NCBI GenBank assembly: GCA_041288095.1
Contig: JBGGMJ010000096.1
Span: forward strand, 1 to 28,236
Source of the DNA: Myxococcota bacterium
Lineage (GTDB): Bacteria; Myxococcota; XYA12-FULL-58-9; JALHOP01
Direction: 5' to 3'
DNA length: 28,236 nt
A program made the translations under genes and the position numbers. The notes below the pieces were generated by a model. The model was not told the DNA's origin, searched no databases, and was given only the letters and a program-made list of their open reading frames with translations. Shown here piece after piece: positions 8,500 to 18,856 of the stretch. Positions within the stretch are counted from its first letter, which is position 1, and every line of letters begins with the position of its first letter.

Positions 8500-9452
8500 G
8501 CACGGCCGCCAAGGCCATCGCCGTCGACCTGGGGGGCACGAATATCCGCGCCGCGCTCGTCGATGCGCGCGGTAACGTCGAGCAGTTCACCAAGGTCAAA
8601 GTCGAAGATCGCTCTCCCGAGGGGATCGCCGCCGACGTCGCCAAGCTAGTCGCGACGCTGAACGGGCCGACACGCGAGCTCGGCATCACCATGACGGTGC
8701 CCAGCTCGGTGTGGACCGAGACCGGCCTCGTCGCCAACGCGCCGAACCTCGGCTGGCGCGACGTGCACTTCGGGCCAATTCTCGAGAAGGCCGCCGGCAT
8801 GCCGGTGCGCCTGGTCAACGACCTCAACGCCATCACCTTCGGCGAAGCCATGGTCGGCGACGGCAAGGGTGAGCGCGACGTCGTCTGCGTGTTCATCGGC
8901 ACCGGCGTCGGCATGGGCACGGTGTCGAACGGCGTGTTGATGGAAGGCGCCGACGGGCTCGCGCCCGAGATCGGTCACATCAAGTACGAATCCTCGGTTA
9001 CCGGGCGGCGTTGCGGCTGCGGTCAGCTCGGCTGCATCGAAGCGTACGTTGGCGGCCGGCACTTGCCCGAGCTTCTTCACGACGTCCACGAAAGCGGAAC
9101 GCCGTCGCAGCTCATCGAGCAACGCGGCGCCGACTGGAAGCACATCACCTCGAAGGACATCGAGGACGCGGCGGTCGCCGGCGACCGTGCGGCGCAGCTC
9201 CTGTGGCACGATATCGCCGAGCGCTGCGCCTGGCTCCTCGGCACGGTCATCATGGCGTGGAACCCGCGTGTCATCGTGCTCGGCGGCGGTGTGTTGCAGA
9301 CCGCGCCGACGCTAGCCAAGAGCGTCGATGACGCCGTGCCGCGCTACGCCTGGTCGTCGTTCTTGCAGAAGCTGCGCATCGTGCAGACGACGCTCGGCGA
9401 CAACGCCGGCATCATCGGCGCCGGGCTGTCGGCGCATCACCGACGGCGCTGA
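8496..9452 (+). CDS. ROK family sugar kinase (glucokinase-like)
   Basis: AVDLGGTN, APNLGW, VNDLNA, GTGVGMG, EIGH, zinc motif CGCGQLGCIEAY. GTGA overlap with the PMM stop. No N-terminal HTH. Confidence 0.93.
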   Translation: MSTAAKAIAVDLGGTNIRAALVDARGNVEQFTKVKVEDRSPEGIAADVAKLVATLNGPTRELGITMTVPSSVWTETGLVANAPNLGWRDVHFGPILEKAAGMPVRLVNDLNAITFGEAMVGDGKGERDVVCVFIGTGVGMGTVSNGVLMEGADGLAPEIGHIKYESSVTGRRCGCGQLGCIEAYVGGRHLPELLHDVHESGTPSQLIEQRGADWKHITSKDIEDAAVAGDRAAQLLWHDIAERCAWLLGTVIMAWNPRVIVLGGGVLQTAPTLAKSVDDAVPRYAWSSFLQKLRIVQTTLGDNAGIIGAGLSAHHRRR

Positions 9453-9461
9453 AACCGGGAC

Positions 9462-9486
9462 GCACCCTTGGCGTATGGAAGGGTGC
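9462..9486 (+). terminator. Intergenic stem-loop between ROK kinase and msrA
   Basis: GCACCCTT/AAGGGTGC 8-bp perfect stem with a 9-nt loop and no U-tract. Confidence 0.3.
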
Positions 9487-9506
9487 TCGAGAAAAGGAAT
9501 CTCACC

Positions 9507-10106
9507 ATGTTCGTGACTTTGCTCACCGCTGTCCTCGTGCAGGCCCCCGGCGCGTCAGCGGCGCCCTCGGTTCAAGAAGCCTATTTCGCGGCCGGTTGCT
9601 TCTGGTGCGCCGAGACCGGCTTCGAGGGCCAACCGGGCGTCACGCAGGTAATCTCCGGGTTCATCGGCGGCACCAAGCCCAATCCGACCTACAAGGAGGT
9701 CTCGAACGGCGGCACCGGCTACACCGAAGCGGTGAAGGTGACCTTCGATCCGGCGGTCACGAGCTACGCCAAGATGCTCGAGGTCTTCTGGAACAACGTC
9801 GACCCGCTCGACAAGGACGGACAGTTCTGCGACCGCGGCAATCAATATCGGCCGGGCATCTTCTTCGTCGATGAGGCGCAGAAGAAAGCAGCAGAGGCCT
9901 CGAAGGACGCGGCCGCCTCACGCATGAAAGTGAAGGGGTCGATCGTCGTCGAGCTCACCAAGGCCGGCACCTTCTATCCCGCCGAGGAATATCATCAGGA
10001 CTTTTGGAAGAAGGATCCAGACCGCTATTACGGATACCGCAAGGGCTGCGGTCGTGATGCGCGCCTCGAGAAAATTTGGGGCCAGGCCCCCAAGGTTGCT
10101 CACTGA
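9507..10106 (+). CDS. msrA: Peptide-methionine (S)-S-oxide reductase, with signal peptide
   Basis: AAGCFWC, GQFCDRG, FYPAEEYHQD, C-terminal GCGR. Hydrophobic leader. AAGGA upstream of ATG 9507. Confidence 0.96.
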   Translation: MFVTLLTAVLVQAPGASAAPSVQEAYFAAGCFWCAETGFEGQPGVTQVISGFIGGTKPNPTYKEVSNGGTGYTEAVKVTFDPAVTSYAKMLEVFWNNVDPLDKDGQFCDRGNQYRPGIFFVDEAQKKAAEASKDAAASRMKVKGSIVVELTKAGTFYPAEEYHQDFWKKDPDRYYGYRKGCGRDARLEKIWGQAPKVAH

Positions 10107-10110
10107 CCGT

Positions 10111-10377
10111 TCAAGTCGCTTCGATGATCGCCAGCGCCCGGCCCTGGCCACCGGGCGACAAGTGATCGGCGACGAGGCGCCTGTGCTGCGTGGCGAAGCG
10201 GGTCTCCGCGAGACGCCCGAATAGCCAGTCGCCTTCCTGGCTCTCGAGGATGCGGACATTGAAGTAGAGCAGGTCGTCGCTGAAGACGACCGGATCACTC
10301 TCTAGGGTGATCCGGCCTTCGAGGACGCCGTCGACCATCTGACGCGCGCTCGCAAGTCGTTCGGGAGAAGCGCTCAT
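10111..10377 (-). CDS. Small hypothetical protein (88 aa, MSASPERLASARQMVDG...)
   Basis: Fills the gap between msrA and the acyl-CoA dehydrogenase without overlap. Protein-like composition. It is the 3' part of track ORF 10111..10680. Confidence 0.55.
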   Translation of the reverse strand: MSASPERLASARQMVDGVLEGRITLESDPVVFSDDLLYFNVRILESQEGDWLFGRLAETRFATQHRRLVADHLSPGGQGRALAIIEAT

Positions 10378-10480
10378 CGTGGAGCACCGTATGCCTGCGC
10401 GGCCGTTTGACGACAAGCGACGCCTCGGTGTCCGACCTGGACTTGCATGGTGCGACGCGCGCGTGCCAGCCTTGCTCCCC

Positions 10481-12139
10481 ATGAACGGAACCGAGGCTGG
10501 CCGCGCGGGATTGCTCGAGTTCGAACGTCTGCAACCCGACAACTTCTGGCGCTCCGACGCGCACTTGCAGCGGGTCGTGAAGCACCTCGGAGGCGAGGCC
10601 ACGAAGGGCTGGCTCGACGGTCTCGACCGCTTCGGCGCCGAGTGTGCCGGGCCCATCGACACGGCGGTCCGCTCGAGCAATTTGCCGCAGAACCTACCGC
10701 GGCTGGATCGCTGGTCGCCGTATGGCGAGCGCGTCGAAGAGGTCGAGTTCCACCCGAGCTACCACGAAGCCGGCGCCATGATTTACGGCTCGGGCGTCAT
10801 GTCGGTCCTGGGTGACTGGGGCGGAAACCTGCGCTCGATGGCGCTTTTCTATCTGTCGAGCCACAACGGCGAAGCAGGGCACAACTGTCCGCTGGCGTGT
10901 ACAGCCGGGCTCATCAAGGCCGTGAAAGCGGTAGGGTCGCCGGAGCTGCAAGAACGCTATCTCGGACGCCTGCTCTCGAATGACTACGCGGCGCTCGCGC
11001 ACGGGGCTCAATTCCTCACCGAGGTCCAGGGCGGTTCGGATGTCGGCGCCAACGCCGTGCGCGCGGTGCCCGACAGCTCGGGAGTGGCGCCGTACCGCAT
11101 CCACGGTGAAAAGTGGTTTTGCTCGAACTGCACCGCTGACCTCATCTTGATGACGGCGCGTCCCGAGGGCGCGCCCGAAGGCACCAAGGGGCTCGGGTTG
11201 TTCCTGGTGCCGCGCCGCTTGCCCGACGGCACGCTCAACCACTACGCGCTCCGGCGGCTCAAGGAGAAGCTCGGCACCCGCAGTATGGCGAGCGCCGAGA
11301 TCGACTTCCAGGGCGCCTACGCGTGGAACGTCGGTGAGGTTTCGCAGGGCTTCAACACGGTGATGACCTGGGTCATCAACACGTCACGCGTGGTCAATGC
11401 CTTTGGCTGCGCCGGCATCGCGCGACGTGCTTCAATCACCGCGCATACCTACGCCCAAGCCCGCAGCGCCTTCGGCACCGCCATCGCGAACTACCCGCTC
11501 GTGCAAGAGACGCTCGCGGACATGCGCACCGAGACCGACGCCATGGTTTCGGGCTCCCTCTATCTCGCGCACCTCATGGATCGCGCCGAGACCGGCAAGC
11601 TTGCCGAGGCCGACGCCGCGTACCTGCGCATGGCGGTCAACGTGAACAAGATGCGCACGGCCGTCTCCTCGCACGAGGTCGCGCTCGAAGGCATCGAGGT
11701 GCTCGGCGGCAACGGCGCCATCGAGACCTTTTCGGTGTTGCCGCGCCTGCTACGCGACAACGTCGTCTTCGAGAACTGGGAAGGGACGCACAATGTCCTC
11801 ATCACCCAGGTGTGGAAGGACAGTCAGCGCAAGGGCATGCACAAGGCGTTCTTCGCGCACCTCGCGGCTCAGGCGAAGGGCGACGCGCGTCTGACCGCTT
11901 CAGTGGACAGCTGCGCCAAGCGCTTCGCCGAAACTCTCGATGCCCCCGACGATGTCGCGACGCTGCGCATGCGGCCGCTCACCAGCGAAGCGGCATGGCT
12001 CGTTTGGGCGTGCGCCATGGCGAACGACGGCACCGAGCGTGCCGTCATCGATCACTTCCTCGACCGCCGCATCGGCCCGCAAGCGCCGCGCGATGCCGCC
12101 TATGCGAAGCGCATCAAAGAGCTGGCGGCGCGCCCTTAA
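10481..12139 (+). CDS. Acyl-CoA dehydrogenase family protein (AidB-like subgroup)
   Basis: EVEFHPSYH N-terminal domain, GHNCPLACT, QFLTEVQGGSDVG, GEKWFCSN, LKEKLGTRSMASAEI, EVLGGNG, WEGTHN. Start is uncertain (10481 chosen). Confidence 0.92.
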   Translation: MNGTEAGRAGLLEFERLQPDNFWRSDAHLQRVVKHLGGEATKGWLDGLDRFGAECAGPIDTAVRSSNLPQNLPRLDRWSPYGERVEEVEFHPSYHEAGAMIYGSGVMSVLGDWGGNLRSMALFYLSSHNGEAGHNCPLACTAGLIKAVKAVGSPELQERYLGRLLSNDYAALAHGAQFLTEVQGGSDVGANAVRAVPDSSGVAPYRIHGEKWFCSNCTADLILMTARPEGAPEGTKGLGLFLVPRRLPDGTLNHYALRRLKEKLGTRSMASAEIDFQGAYAWNVGEVSQGFNTVMTWVINTSRVVNAFGCAGIARRASITAHTYAQARSAFGTAIANYPLVQETLADMRTETDAMVSGSLYLAHLMDRAETGKLAEADAAYLRMAVNVNKMRTAVSSHEVALEGIEVLGGNGAIETFSVLPRLLRDNVVFENWEGTHNVLITQVWKDSQRKGMHKAFFAHLAAQAKGDARLTASVDSCAKRFAETLDAPDDVATLRMRPLTSEAAWLVWACAMANDGTERAVIDHFLDRRIGPQAPRDAAYAKRIKELAARP

Positions 12140-12600
12140 GCCTTCGACCAGGTCAGCGGCAGCTCGGCGACCTTCTCGGAGCGATCGAAGACGGTCAGCG
12201 TCTTGCCATCGCGCGAGCGGCGCAGCTGCATCTGGGACGCGGGCTTTTCGAAATCGAGACGCGCGGTATTGATGTCGAAGACGGTCTCGCCGGTCCGATC
12301 CACGTAGGTCTTCAAGACCTCCTGCGGCGGGTTGATGATGTGATTCATGACGCCATTGCCGTAAACCGATCCCTGCTGAGAGATGAGCACGTACGACGTT
12401 CCATCCGGCCGGTCGCAGAACTGCACCGCGGCGATCTTGGTGAAGCCCTTGGGCTGCCAGGCAAAGACGGCGGCCGCGACCCCATTGTCCTTGCCCGTCA
12501 TAAAGGCGTTGTTGTTGTAGCGGCAGGAAATAGGCTTGCCGAAGTCGTTGGGCAGCTGGGCCGGGGCCGCGGCGTGCGCGCGCGAGACATGGATGTTCAT
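12136..12600 (-). CDS. Hypothetical protein (154 aa)
   Basis: AGGAG upstream of ATG. Fills the gap, and its stop overlaps the convergent dehydrogenase stop (TTAA). No family recognised. Confidence 0.75.
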   Translation of the reverse strand: MNIHVSRAHAAAPAQLPNDFGKPISCRYNNNAFMTGKDNGVAAAVFAWQPKGFTKIAAVQFCDRPDGTSYVLISQQGSVYGNGVMNHIINPPQEVLKTYVDRTGETVFDINTARLDFEKPASQMQLRRSRDGKTLTVFDRSEKVAELPLTWSKA

Positions 12601-12683
12601 GGAAGGCTCCTGTGGACGGACCTGTAGCGTCGGTCTGCGAGTGGAAGACCGCGTTATCGTCGGCCGCTAAGGGAGCGTGCTGT

Positions 12684-12700
12684 GGCGGTGTGGCACCGCC
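12684..12700 (-). terminator. Stem-loop just downstream of tkt
   Basis: GGCGGTG/CACCGCC 7-bp stem with a 3-nt loop, 13 nt past the tkt stop. No U-tract. Confidence 0.3.
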
Positions 12701-12713
12701 GGTGTGACCACGA

Positions 12714-14720
12714 TCAGGTCGCGAGCTTTTTTACCGCGGCGATGACCGCTTCGGCGGTGAGCCCGAGCTTCTCGTAGATCACCTCGGCCGGGGCGGAGGC
12801 GCCATAGCGATCGACGCCGATGGCAATGCCGCGGTCGCCGGTCCAGGTGCTCCAGCCGAAGGTGACGCCCGCCTCGATGGACACGCGCGCCGTGCAGGCC
12901 TTGGGCAGCACTTGCTCGCGGTAGCTCGCGTCCTGCGCCTTGAAGATCTCCCATGAGGGCATGGAGACGAGCCGCACCGCGACGCCGTCCGCCGCGAGCT
13001 TCTCGTAGGCCTTCACCGCGATGGTGAGCTCCGAGCCGGTCGCCATGATGATGGCGTCCACCTTGCCGGGCTTCGCGTCCGCGAGAACGTACGCGCCCTT
13101 CGCCGCACCACTCGCCGCCGCGTACTTCGTGCGATCCAAGGTCGGCAGCTTCTGCCGCGAGAGCACCAGCCCGACCGGTCCGTTCTTGTGCGTCATGGCG
13201 TAGCGCCAGGCCTCGGTGGTCTCGTTCGCGTCGCCGGGGCGGATGACCACCATGTTGGGCATGGTGCGCAGCGACATCAGGTGCTCGACGGGTTGATGCG
13301 TCGGTCCGTCTTCACCGAGGCCGACCGAATCGTGCGTCCAGACGAAGGTGCCGTTCAGCCGCGACAAGCAGGCGAGCCGCACCGACGGACGCATGTAATC
13401 GGAGAAGGTGAAGAAGGTGGCGCAGTAGGGATGCAGCCCACCGTGGTAGGCCACGCCGTTGCAGGCCGCGGCCATCGCGTGCTCACGGACCCCGAAGTGG
13501 ATGTTGCCGCCCGTGCCCTGGGCAGCCGAGAACTCGGCCACCTCCTCGAGCTTGGTCTTGGTGGACTCGGATAGGTCGGCGTCACCGCCGAAGATCCACG
13601 GCACCGTGTGCGCGATGGCGTTCACGACCTTGCCGCCGGCCTCGCGGGTGGCGAGCGACTCGCCCGCTTTGAAGGTGGGTAGCGCCGCGTCCCAGCCCTT
13701 GGGGAGCTCGCCCTTCATCATCGCCTTCCAGCGCTCGGCGAGATCCGGATGCGCATTGGCGTAGGCCTGGAAGCGCTTGTTCCACTCGGATTCGAGCTCG
13801 GCGCCTCGGCTCACGGCCCCGCGGAAGCTCTTCAAGGCTTCGTCGGGGACGAAGAACTGCTTCTCGGGATCGAAGCCGAGCTTCTTCTTGGTCTCCTTGA
13901 CGCCGTCCGGCCCGAGCGGTGAGCCGTGCACCTTGCTGGTGCCGGCCTTGGGCGAGCCGAAACCAATGGTGGTGTTGACGATGATCAGGTGCGGCGCCGA
14001 GGTGTCTTTTTTAGCGGTCGTGATGGCGCGGTCCAAGGCGTCGAGGTCGTCGTCACCCTTGGCGACATGTTACACCTTCCAACCGTACGATTCGAACCGC
14101 TTGCCCACGTCTTCGGTGAACGATTGCGCCGCCGGACCGTCGAGCGTGACCTGGTTGGCGTCGTAGAGGCAGACGAGCTTGCCGAGCTTCAAGTGGCCGG
14201 CGAGCGAGGCCGCTTCTTGGGCGACACCCTCCATGATGTCGCCGTCGCCAACCAACGTGTACGTGTGGTGGTCGACGATGGTGTGACCGTCTTTGTTGAA
14301 CATGCCGGCGAGGACGCGCTCCGCCATGGCCATGCCGACCGCGTTCGAGAAACCCTGACCCAAGGGGCCGGTCGTTGCCTCGACGCCGGGCGTCTCGAAG
14401 CTCTCGGGGTGACCGGGGGTACGGCTGTGCCACTGCCGGAAGGCCTTGATGTCGTCCATGCTCATCGACTCGTAGCCGGTGAGATGCATGAGCGAATACA
14501 GAAGCATGCTGCCGTGGCCCGCCGACAAGACGAAGCGATCGCGATCCGGCCACTTGGGATTCTTGGGATTGTGGCGCAGATGGCGCTGCCACAACACATA
14601 AGCCATCGGTGCGGCGCCGAGCGGCAAGCCGGGGTGTCCCGAGTTCGCTTTTTGCACTCCATCGATGGACAGCGTGCGAATCGTGTTCACCGATAAGAGG
14701 TCGAGCGGAGTGGCGGTCAT
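12714..14720 (-). pseudogene. tkt: Transketolase interrupted by a single in-frame TAA at codon 217 (14070-14072)
   Basis: [25 protein letters not shown] in the N-terminal part; FGVREHAM, THDSVGLGEDGPTHQP in the C-terminal part. Both track ORFs are in the same frame: ...YGWKV*HVAKGDDDLDAL... The identity is secure; pseudogene versus sequencing error is unresolved. Confidence 0.85.
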
Positions 14721-14847
14721 GTCGGTTCCTTTGGACGAGTCGGTGCCACGTTGAAACCATGCGGCGGCCAGTGGGGCAAGAGACCGCTCCGGGCTCGTCG
14801 GTGAAGCTCATTGAAATCACCCCGTGGTCGTGGAACGGTCGTTCGCC

Positions 14848-15657
14848 ATGACCGATACCAATCCCTACGCAACACCCGCCGCGACGCTCGCCCAACCGCA
14901 GGAAGCCTTGGCCGGCACGTTCGTGCCCAACGGCAGGCAGGTCGACGCGGGGCAGGGTATCGAGTGGATCAAGATGGGCTTCCGCCAGCTCTTCGCGGCT
15001 CCGGGCCCGTGGTACCTCGGCATCCTCGCCCTCTACGGCGCGCTGTTCGTCGCGGCGGTCATCCCGCTCCTGAACTTCATCGTCGTGTTCGCCTCGCCGT
15101 TCATGAACCCGATCATTCTCGGTGGCTTCTTCGCGGCAGGTGAGGCGCAAGCGCGCACCGGCAAGTTTACCGTGGGCGTCGTCTTCGACGGCTTCCGCCG
15201 GCGGACGGCGCAGCTCTTGGGCGTGGGCGCGCTCGTCTTCGTGGCGTCCATCGCGATCCTCGGCGTCGGCTTCGTGCTCGCGGGTGGTACCGCGCTGATC
15301 AGCGCGATCACCGCCGGCAATGGAGAGCCACCGACCGAGCTCATCAGTAAGATCGTGATCGCCTATCTCGTGGTGCTGTTGCTCTTCGTGCCCGTGATGA
15401 TGGCCGCGTGGTTCGCCCCGCCGCTGGTCATGTTCAACAATCTGGGCGCGGTCGAGGCCCTGCAGCAGAGCTTCAATGCCTGTTTGAAGAACTTCGTTCC
15501 CTTTCTCCTCTACGGGGTCGGGGGCTTCATCGTCCTTTTGGTTGCGATGATTCCGTTCGGCTTGGGGCTCTTGGTCGCGTTCCCCGCCTTCATCGCGGCG
15601 CTGTATCCGATCTACGCCGACATCTTCCTCGACAAGACGGGCGCGAAGCGCGTCTAG
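14848..15657 (+). CDS. Multi-pass membrane protein (BPSS1780/DUF2189-like)
   Basis: N-terminal NPYATP, GRQVDAGQGIEW, several TM segments, MAAWFAPPLV..SFNACLKN..PFLLYG pattern. Confidence 0.8.
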   Translation: MTDTNPYATPAATLAQPQEALAGTFVPNGRQVDAGQGIEWIKMGFRQLFAAPGPWYLGILALYGALFVAAVIPLLNFIVVFASPFMNPIILGGFFAAGEAQARTGKFTVGVVFDGFRRRTAQLLGVGALVFVASIAILGVGFVLAGGTALISAITAGNGEPPTELISKIVIAYLVVLLLFVPVMMAAWFAPPLVMFNNLGAVEALQQSFNACLKNFVPFLLYGVGGFIVLLVAMIPFGLGLLVAFPAFIAALYPIYADIFLDKTGAKRV

Positions 15658-15694
15658 CGCGCTGCCTCGATCCTGATGGACAGGTCGTACCGTT

Positions 15695-16363
15695 GTGAGC
15701 GCGTTGGTCTTCGACAAGGTGAGCAAGCGTTTCGAAGGCGGACGCTTGGTGCTCGACGCGGTGACGCTCGAAGTGCCGGCTGGCGCGCGCTACGCCATCG
15801 TCGGCCGCAGCGGTAGCGGCAAGTCCACGCTCTTGCACATCGCCGCGGGTATCGAGGTCCCAACCACTGGGACCGTGCGTCTTTTCAGCAAGGCGCTGCA
15901 CGAGCTCGACGACCGCGGCCGCACCTTGCTGCGGCGTGACAACGTTGGGCTGGTTTTTCAGTTCTTCCACCTGTTGTCGCATCTCACGGTCGAGGAGAAC
16001 GTGGCGCTGCCGGCAATGATCGCGGGCACCATGTCGGCGGCGATGCGTGAGCGCATCCTGCGTCTGCTCGCGCGTGTCGGGCTCGCCGACCGCGCACGCG
16101 ACTCGGCGCAGAAGCTCTCGGGCGGCGAGATGCAACGACTCGCCATCTGCCGAGCGTTGCTCTTGTCGCCCAAGCTGATCCTCGCCGACGAGCCCACCGG
16201 CAACCTCGACGATGCGACGGGACGCGACGTCATGCAGCTCCTGCTCGGCGCAAGCCGCGACGAAGGCGCGACGCTCGTCTACGTCACGCACAGTCAGGAG
16301 CTCGCGGCCCTCGCCGACGCTCGCTTCGTCCTGCACAGCGGCGTGCTCGAGACGGCGGCGTAG
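15695..16363 (+). CDS. ABC transporter ATP-binding protein (LolD/AttE-like)
   Basis: Walker [10 protein letters not shown], signature LSGGEMQR, Walker [15 protein letters not shown]. Confidence 0.96.
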   Translation: MSALVFDKVSKRFEGGRLVLDAVTLEVPAGARYAIVGRSGSGKSTLLHIAAGIEVPTTGTVRLFSKALHELDDRGRTLLRRDNVGLVFQFFHLLSHLTVEENVALPAMIAGTMSAAMRERILRLLARVGLADRARDSAQKLSGGEMQRLAICRALLLSPKLILADEPTGNLDDATGRDVMQLLLGASRDEGATLVYVTHSQELAALADARFVLHSGVLETAA

Positions 16364-18856
16364 ATGTTCCGCTATTTCGTACGAGCGCTCGCGGCCATGG
16401 TCGGGAAGAGCCCGGTGCTCTACGGTCTGACGGTGCTGGGCGTGGCGCTCGGTGTCGCCAGCGTCGTGACCATCCAGCTGATCAACGACAACGCCATCGC
16501 GGCGTTCGCGGCGAGCGTGCGCGCGGTGACCGGCGACGACGAGCTGACCATCGTGCCGAGCCTGGGGCCGCTGCACGACAGCACCATGCGAGTAGCGCTG
16601 GGCGATCGTGAAACGGTCACGGCGCGGCCCATCGTTCGTGTAGACGCGATGGTCGGCCAAGAACGACTCAGCATCGTCGCGACCGATCTCACGCAACCGA
16701 TGCGAGGACCGCTCGAGCCCGGCGCGGAGCGCGCCGGCGACCCACTCGCGACGCCCGGCTGGATCGCGTTGTCGCCGCAGCTCGCGGGCACACTCGGGCT
16801 GTCCGTGGGGAAGACCTTCACGGCGGTCGCCGGGAGCCGGCGCGTGACCCTGACCGTTGGGGCGCTCGTAGACTTCAAGAAGAGCTTGCCACTGGCTCCG
16901 TCCGCTCTTGCGGTCATGGACATCGCCCAGGCCCAGTCGGTCTTCGCGTTACCGCCCGGCCTCGACGAAATTGCCATCGACCTTGCGGACGGTGCCGACG
17001 TCCTCGCGGCCGCGGCGAGAATCGGTCAGACGCTGGGCGAGCGGGCTCGCGTTTTGACTCCGGACGAGCGCGCCGAGGAAGCCGCCGGGCTCCTCGCGGC
17101 CTTCCGCTTGAACCTGACGGCCCTGAGCATGATTAGCCTCGCCGTGGGCGTTTTCCTCATCCATGGAGCGTTGCAGGCCACGCTCTTGCGACGCCGCACC
17201 GAGCTCGGTGTCCTCCGCGCCGTTGGCGCGACACGTCGCCAGGTCGTGGGCCTGGTGGTTGGCGAGGTCGTTCTGATCGGGCTCTTGGGGACGGCACTGG
17301 GGTTGCCCATCGGCATCGCCGCCGCGCGCGCCAATATCGACGTGGTGAGCGGGACACTCACGAATCTCTATCTGCTCCAGGCAGTCGAAGAGCTGCGCGT
17401 GCCCGCCTGGGTCGTCGTGCTTGGCGTCGCGGTTGGGCTCGGCAGCGCCCTGCTGGGCGCGACGCTTTCGCTCCTCGAGCTGCGACGCGAGGACACACGC
17501 GCGCTCCTCGTCGCCGCGACGCTGCAAGAAAGCCTGCTGGCGCTGGCGCCGCGGTTGCTCGCCGCGGCGCTCGCGTTGGCCGCCACGACCATCGTCTTCG
17601 GCGTGGTCGCCCGGCCATGGGCGCCGGCCGGCTTCGTGGTCGCCGTGGCTATTCTCGCCACCGTGGTCCTGGCGACGCCGTGGCTGGTCTTGCGGGTGTC
17701 GCGGCTGGCCCGGCCGCGTGGCTTCGGCGTCGCCTACAGCATGCGCGCCCTGGGTCAAAAGCTCACGAGCAATGCGTTCGCGGTCGCCTCGCTCGCCATC
17801 GCGGTCAGCATGATGTTCGGCATCACCGCCATGGTCGGTAGCTTTCGCGCGACCCTCGAGACCTGGATTGGCACCACCGTGCGCGCCGACATCTACGTGT
17901 CCACCGAGACGCGCGGCCGGCTCGACGACGACGTGGTGCGGGCCATCGCCGCGACCCCAGGCACCCGCGCGGTCGACGTCCTGCGGCGTGGCGAAGCGCG
18001 CTTGGGCGCGCGCACTGTTCGCTTGAGCGGAGTCCACGTGATGCTGCCGGGTGTGCCGTCACGCTGGCCACTCATGCACGCGGACGACGGCGTGCTCGAA
18101 GCGGTCGCCGGCGGTGGGGCTGTGCTGGTGAGTGAGCCCCTGGCACGCAAGGCGAAGCTTTCGCGCGGCCAGCGCATCCGCCTGCGCACCTCCACGGGGG
18201 AGCACGAGCTCGCAATCGCCGGCGTCTTCTACGACTACACGACGGAACAGGGGACGATGGTCGTCGACACGACCACCTTCGAGCGTCTCGCGGGTGAGGT
18301 CGCGCCGACGAGCGTCGCGCTCTACTTGAACGACGGCGTCGACACCGACGCGACCGTGCTCCATCTGCAAGCACGCCTCGGCGATGCCCCCGTCGTCGTG
18401 CGCAGCAACCAGCGGCTCCGCGCCACCATCCTCGACATCTTCGACCAGACCTTCGCCATCACGGTCATCTTGCAGGCCATGAGCTTTCTCATCGCCGTCG
18501 CCGGCATCGCGCTTACTTTGCTCATTGCCGCGCGTGAGCGCGCCGCGGAGCTCGCCTTGTATCGCGCGCTCGGCGCGACGCGACGCCAGGTCTTCCGTAT
18601 GTTCGTCGGCCAAGGTTTGTCCTTGGGTGCCTTCGGCCTGGTGCTGGGCGCCGTTGGCGGCTCGGCGCTCGTCATGGTGCTGATCCTCCTCATCAACCGC
18701 GCCTATTTCGGCTGGACCATTCGCTTGGCGCTGCCCGGTTGGGCGCTCGCCGAGCAGGCCGCCACCATTCTCGGCGCGGCGGTGCTGGCCGCTTTGTATC
18801 CGGCGATGCGCGCCTCACGGACCCCCGCACAGGAGCTCGTGCGTGACGATCTCTAG
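16364..18856 (+). CDS. FtsX-like ABC permease with duplicated MacB/FtsX modules (AttF/G-like)
   Basis: 830 aa with two periplasmic and two TM blocks; RRTELGVLRAVGATRRQV and RAAELALYRALGATRRQV; AFRLNLTALS. Confidence 0.92.
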   Translation: MFRYFVRALAAMVGKSPVLYGLTVLGVALGVASVVTIQLINDNAIAAFAASVRAVTGDDELTIVPSLGPLHDSTMRVALGDRETVTARPIVRVDAMVGQERLSIVATDLTQPMRGPLEPGAERAGDPLATPGWIALSPQLAGTLGLSVGKTFTAVAGSRRVTLTVGALVDFKKSLPLAPSALAVMDIAQAQSVFALPPGLDEIAIDLADGADVLAAAARIGQTLGERARVLTPDERAEEAAGLLAAFRLNLTALSMISLAVGVFLIHGALQATLLRRRTELGVLRAVGATRRQVVGLVVGEVVLIGLLGTALGLPIGIAAARANIDVVSGTLTNLYLLQAVEELRVPAWVVVLGVAVGLGSALLGATLSLLELRREDTRALLVAATLQESLLALAPRLLAAALALAATTIVFGVVARPWAPAGFVVAVAILATVVLATPWLVLRVSRLARPRGFGVAYSMRALGQKLTSNAFAVASLAIAVSMMFGITAMVGSFRATLETWIGTTVRADIYVSTETRGRLDDDVVRAIAATPGTRAVDVLRRGEARLGARTVRLSGVHVMLPGVPSRWPLMHADDGVLEAVAGGGAVLVSEPLARKAKLSRGQRIRLRTSTGEHELAIAGVFYDYTTEQGTMVVDTTTFERLAGEVAPTSVALYLNDGVDTDATVLHLQARLGDAPVVVRSNQRLRATILDIFDQTFAITVILQAMSFLIAVAGIALTLLIAARERAAELALYRALGATRRQVFRMFVGQGLSLGAFGLVLGAVGGSALVMVLILLINRAYFGWTIRLALPGWALAEQAATILGAAVLAALYPAMRASRTPAQELVRDDL

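Noticed and set aside
14036..14072. Programmed frameshift or natural two-subunit transketolase
   Set aside because: Both parts are in the same frame, the break is mid-domain and there is no convincing restart RBS.
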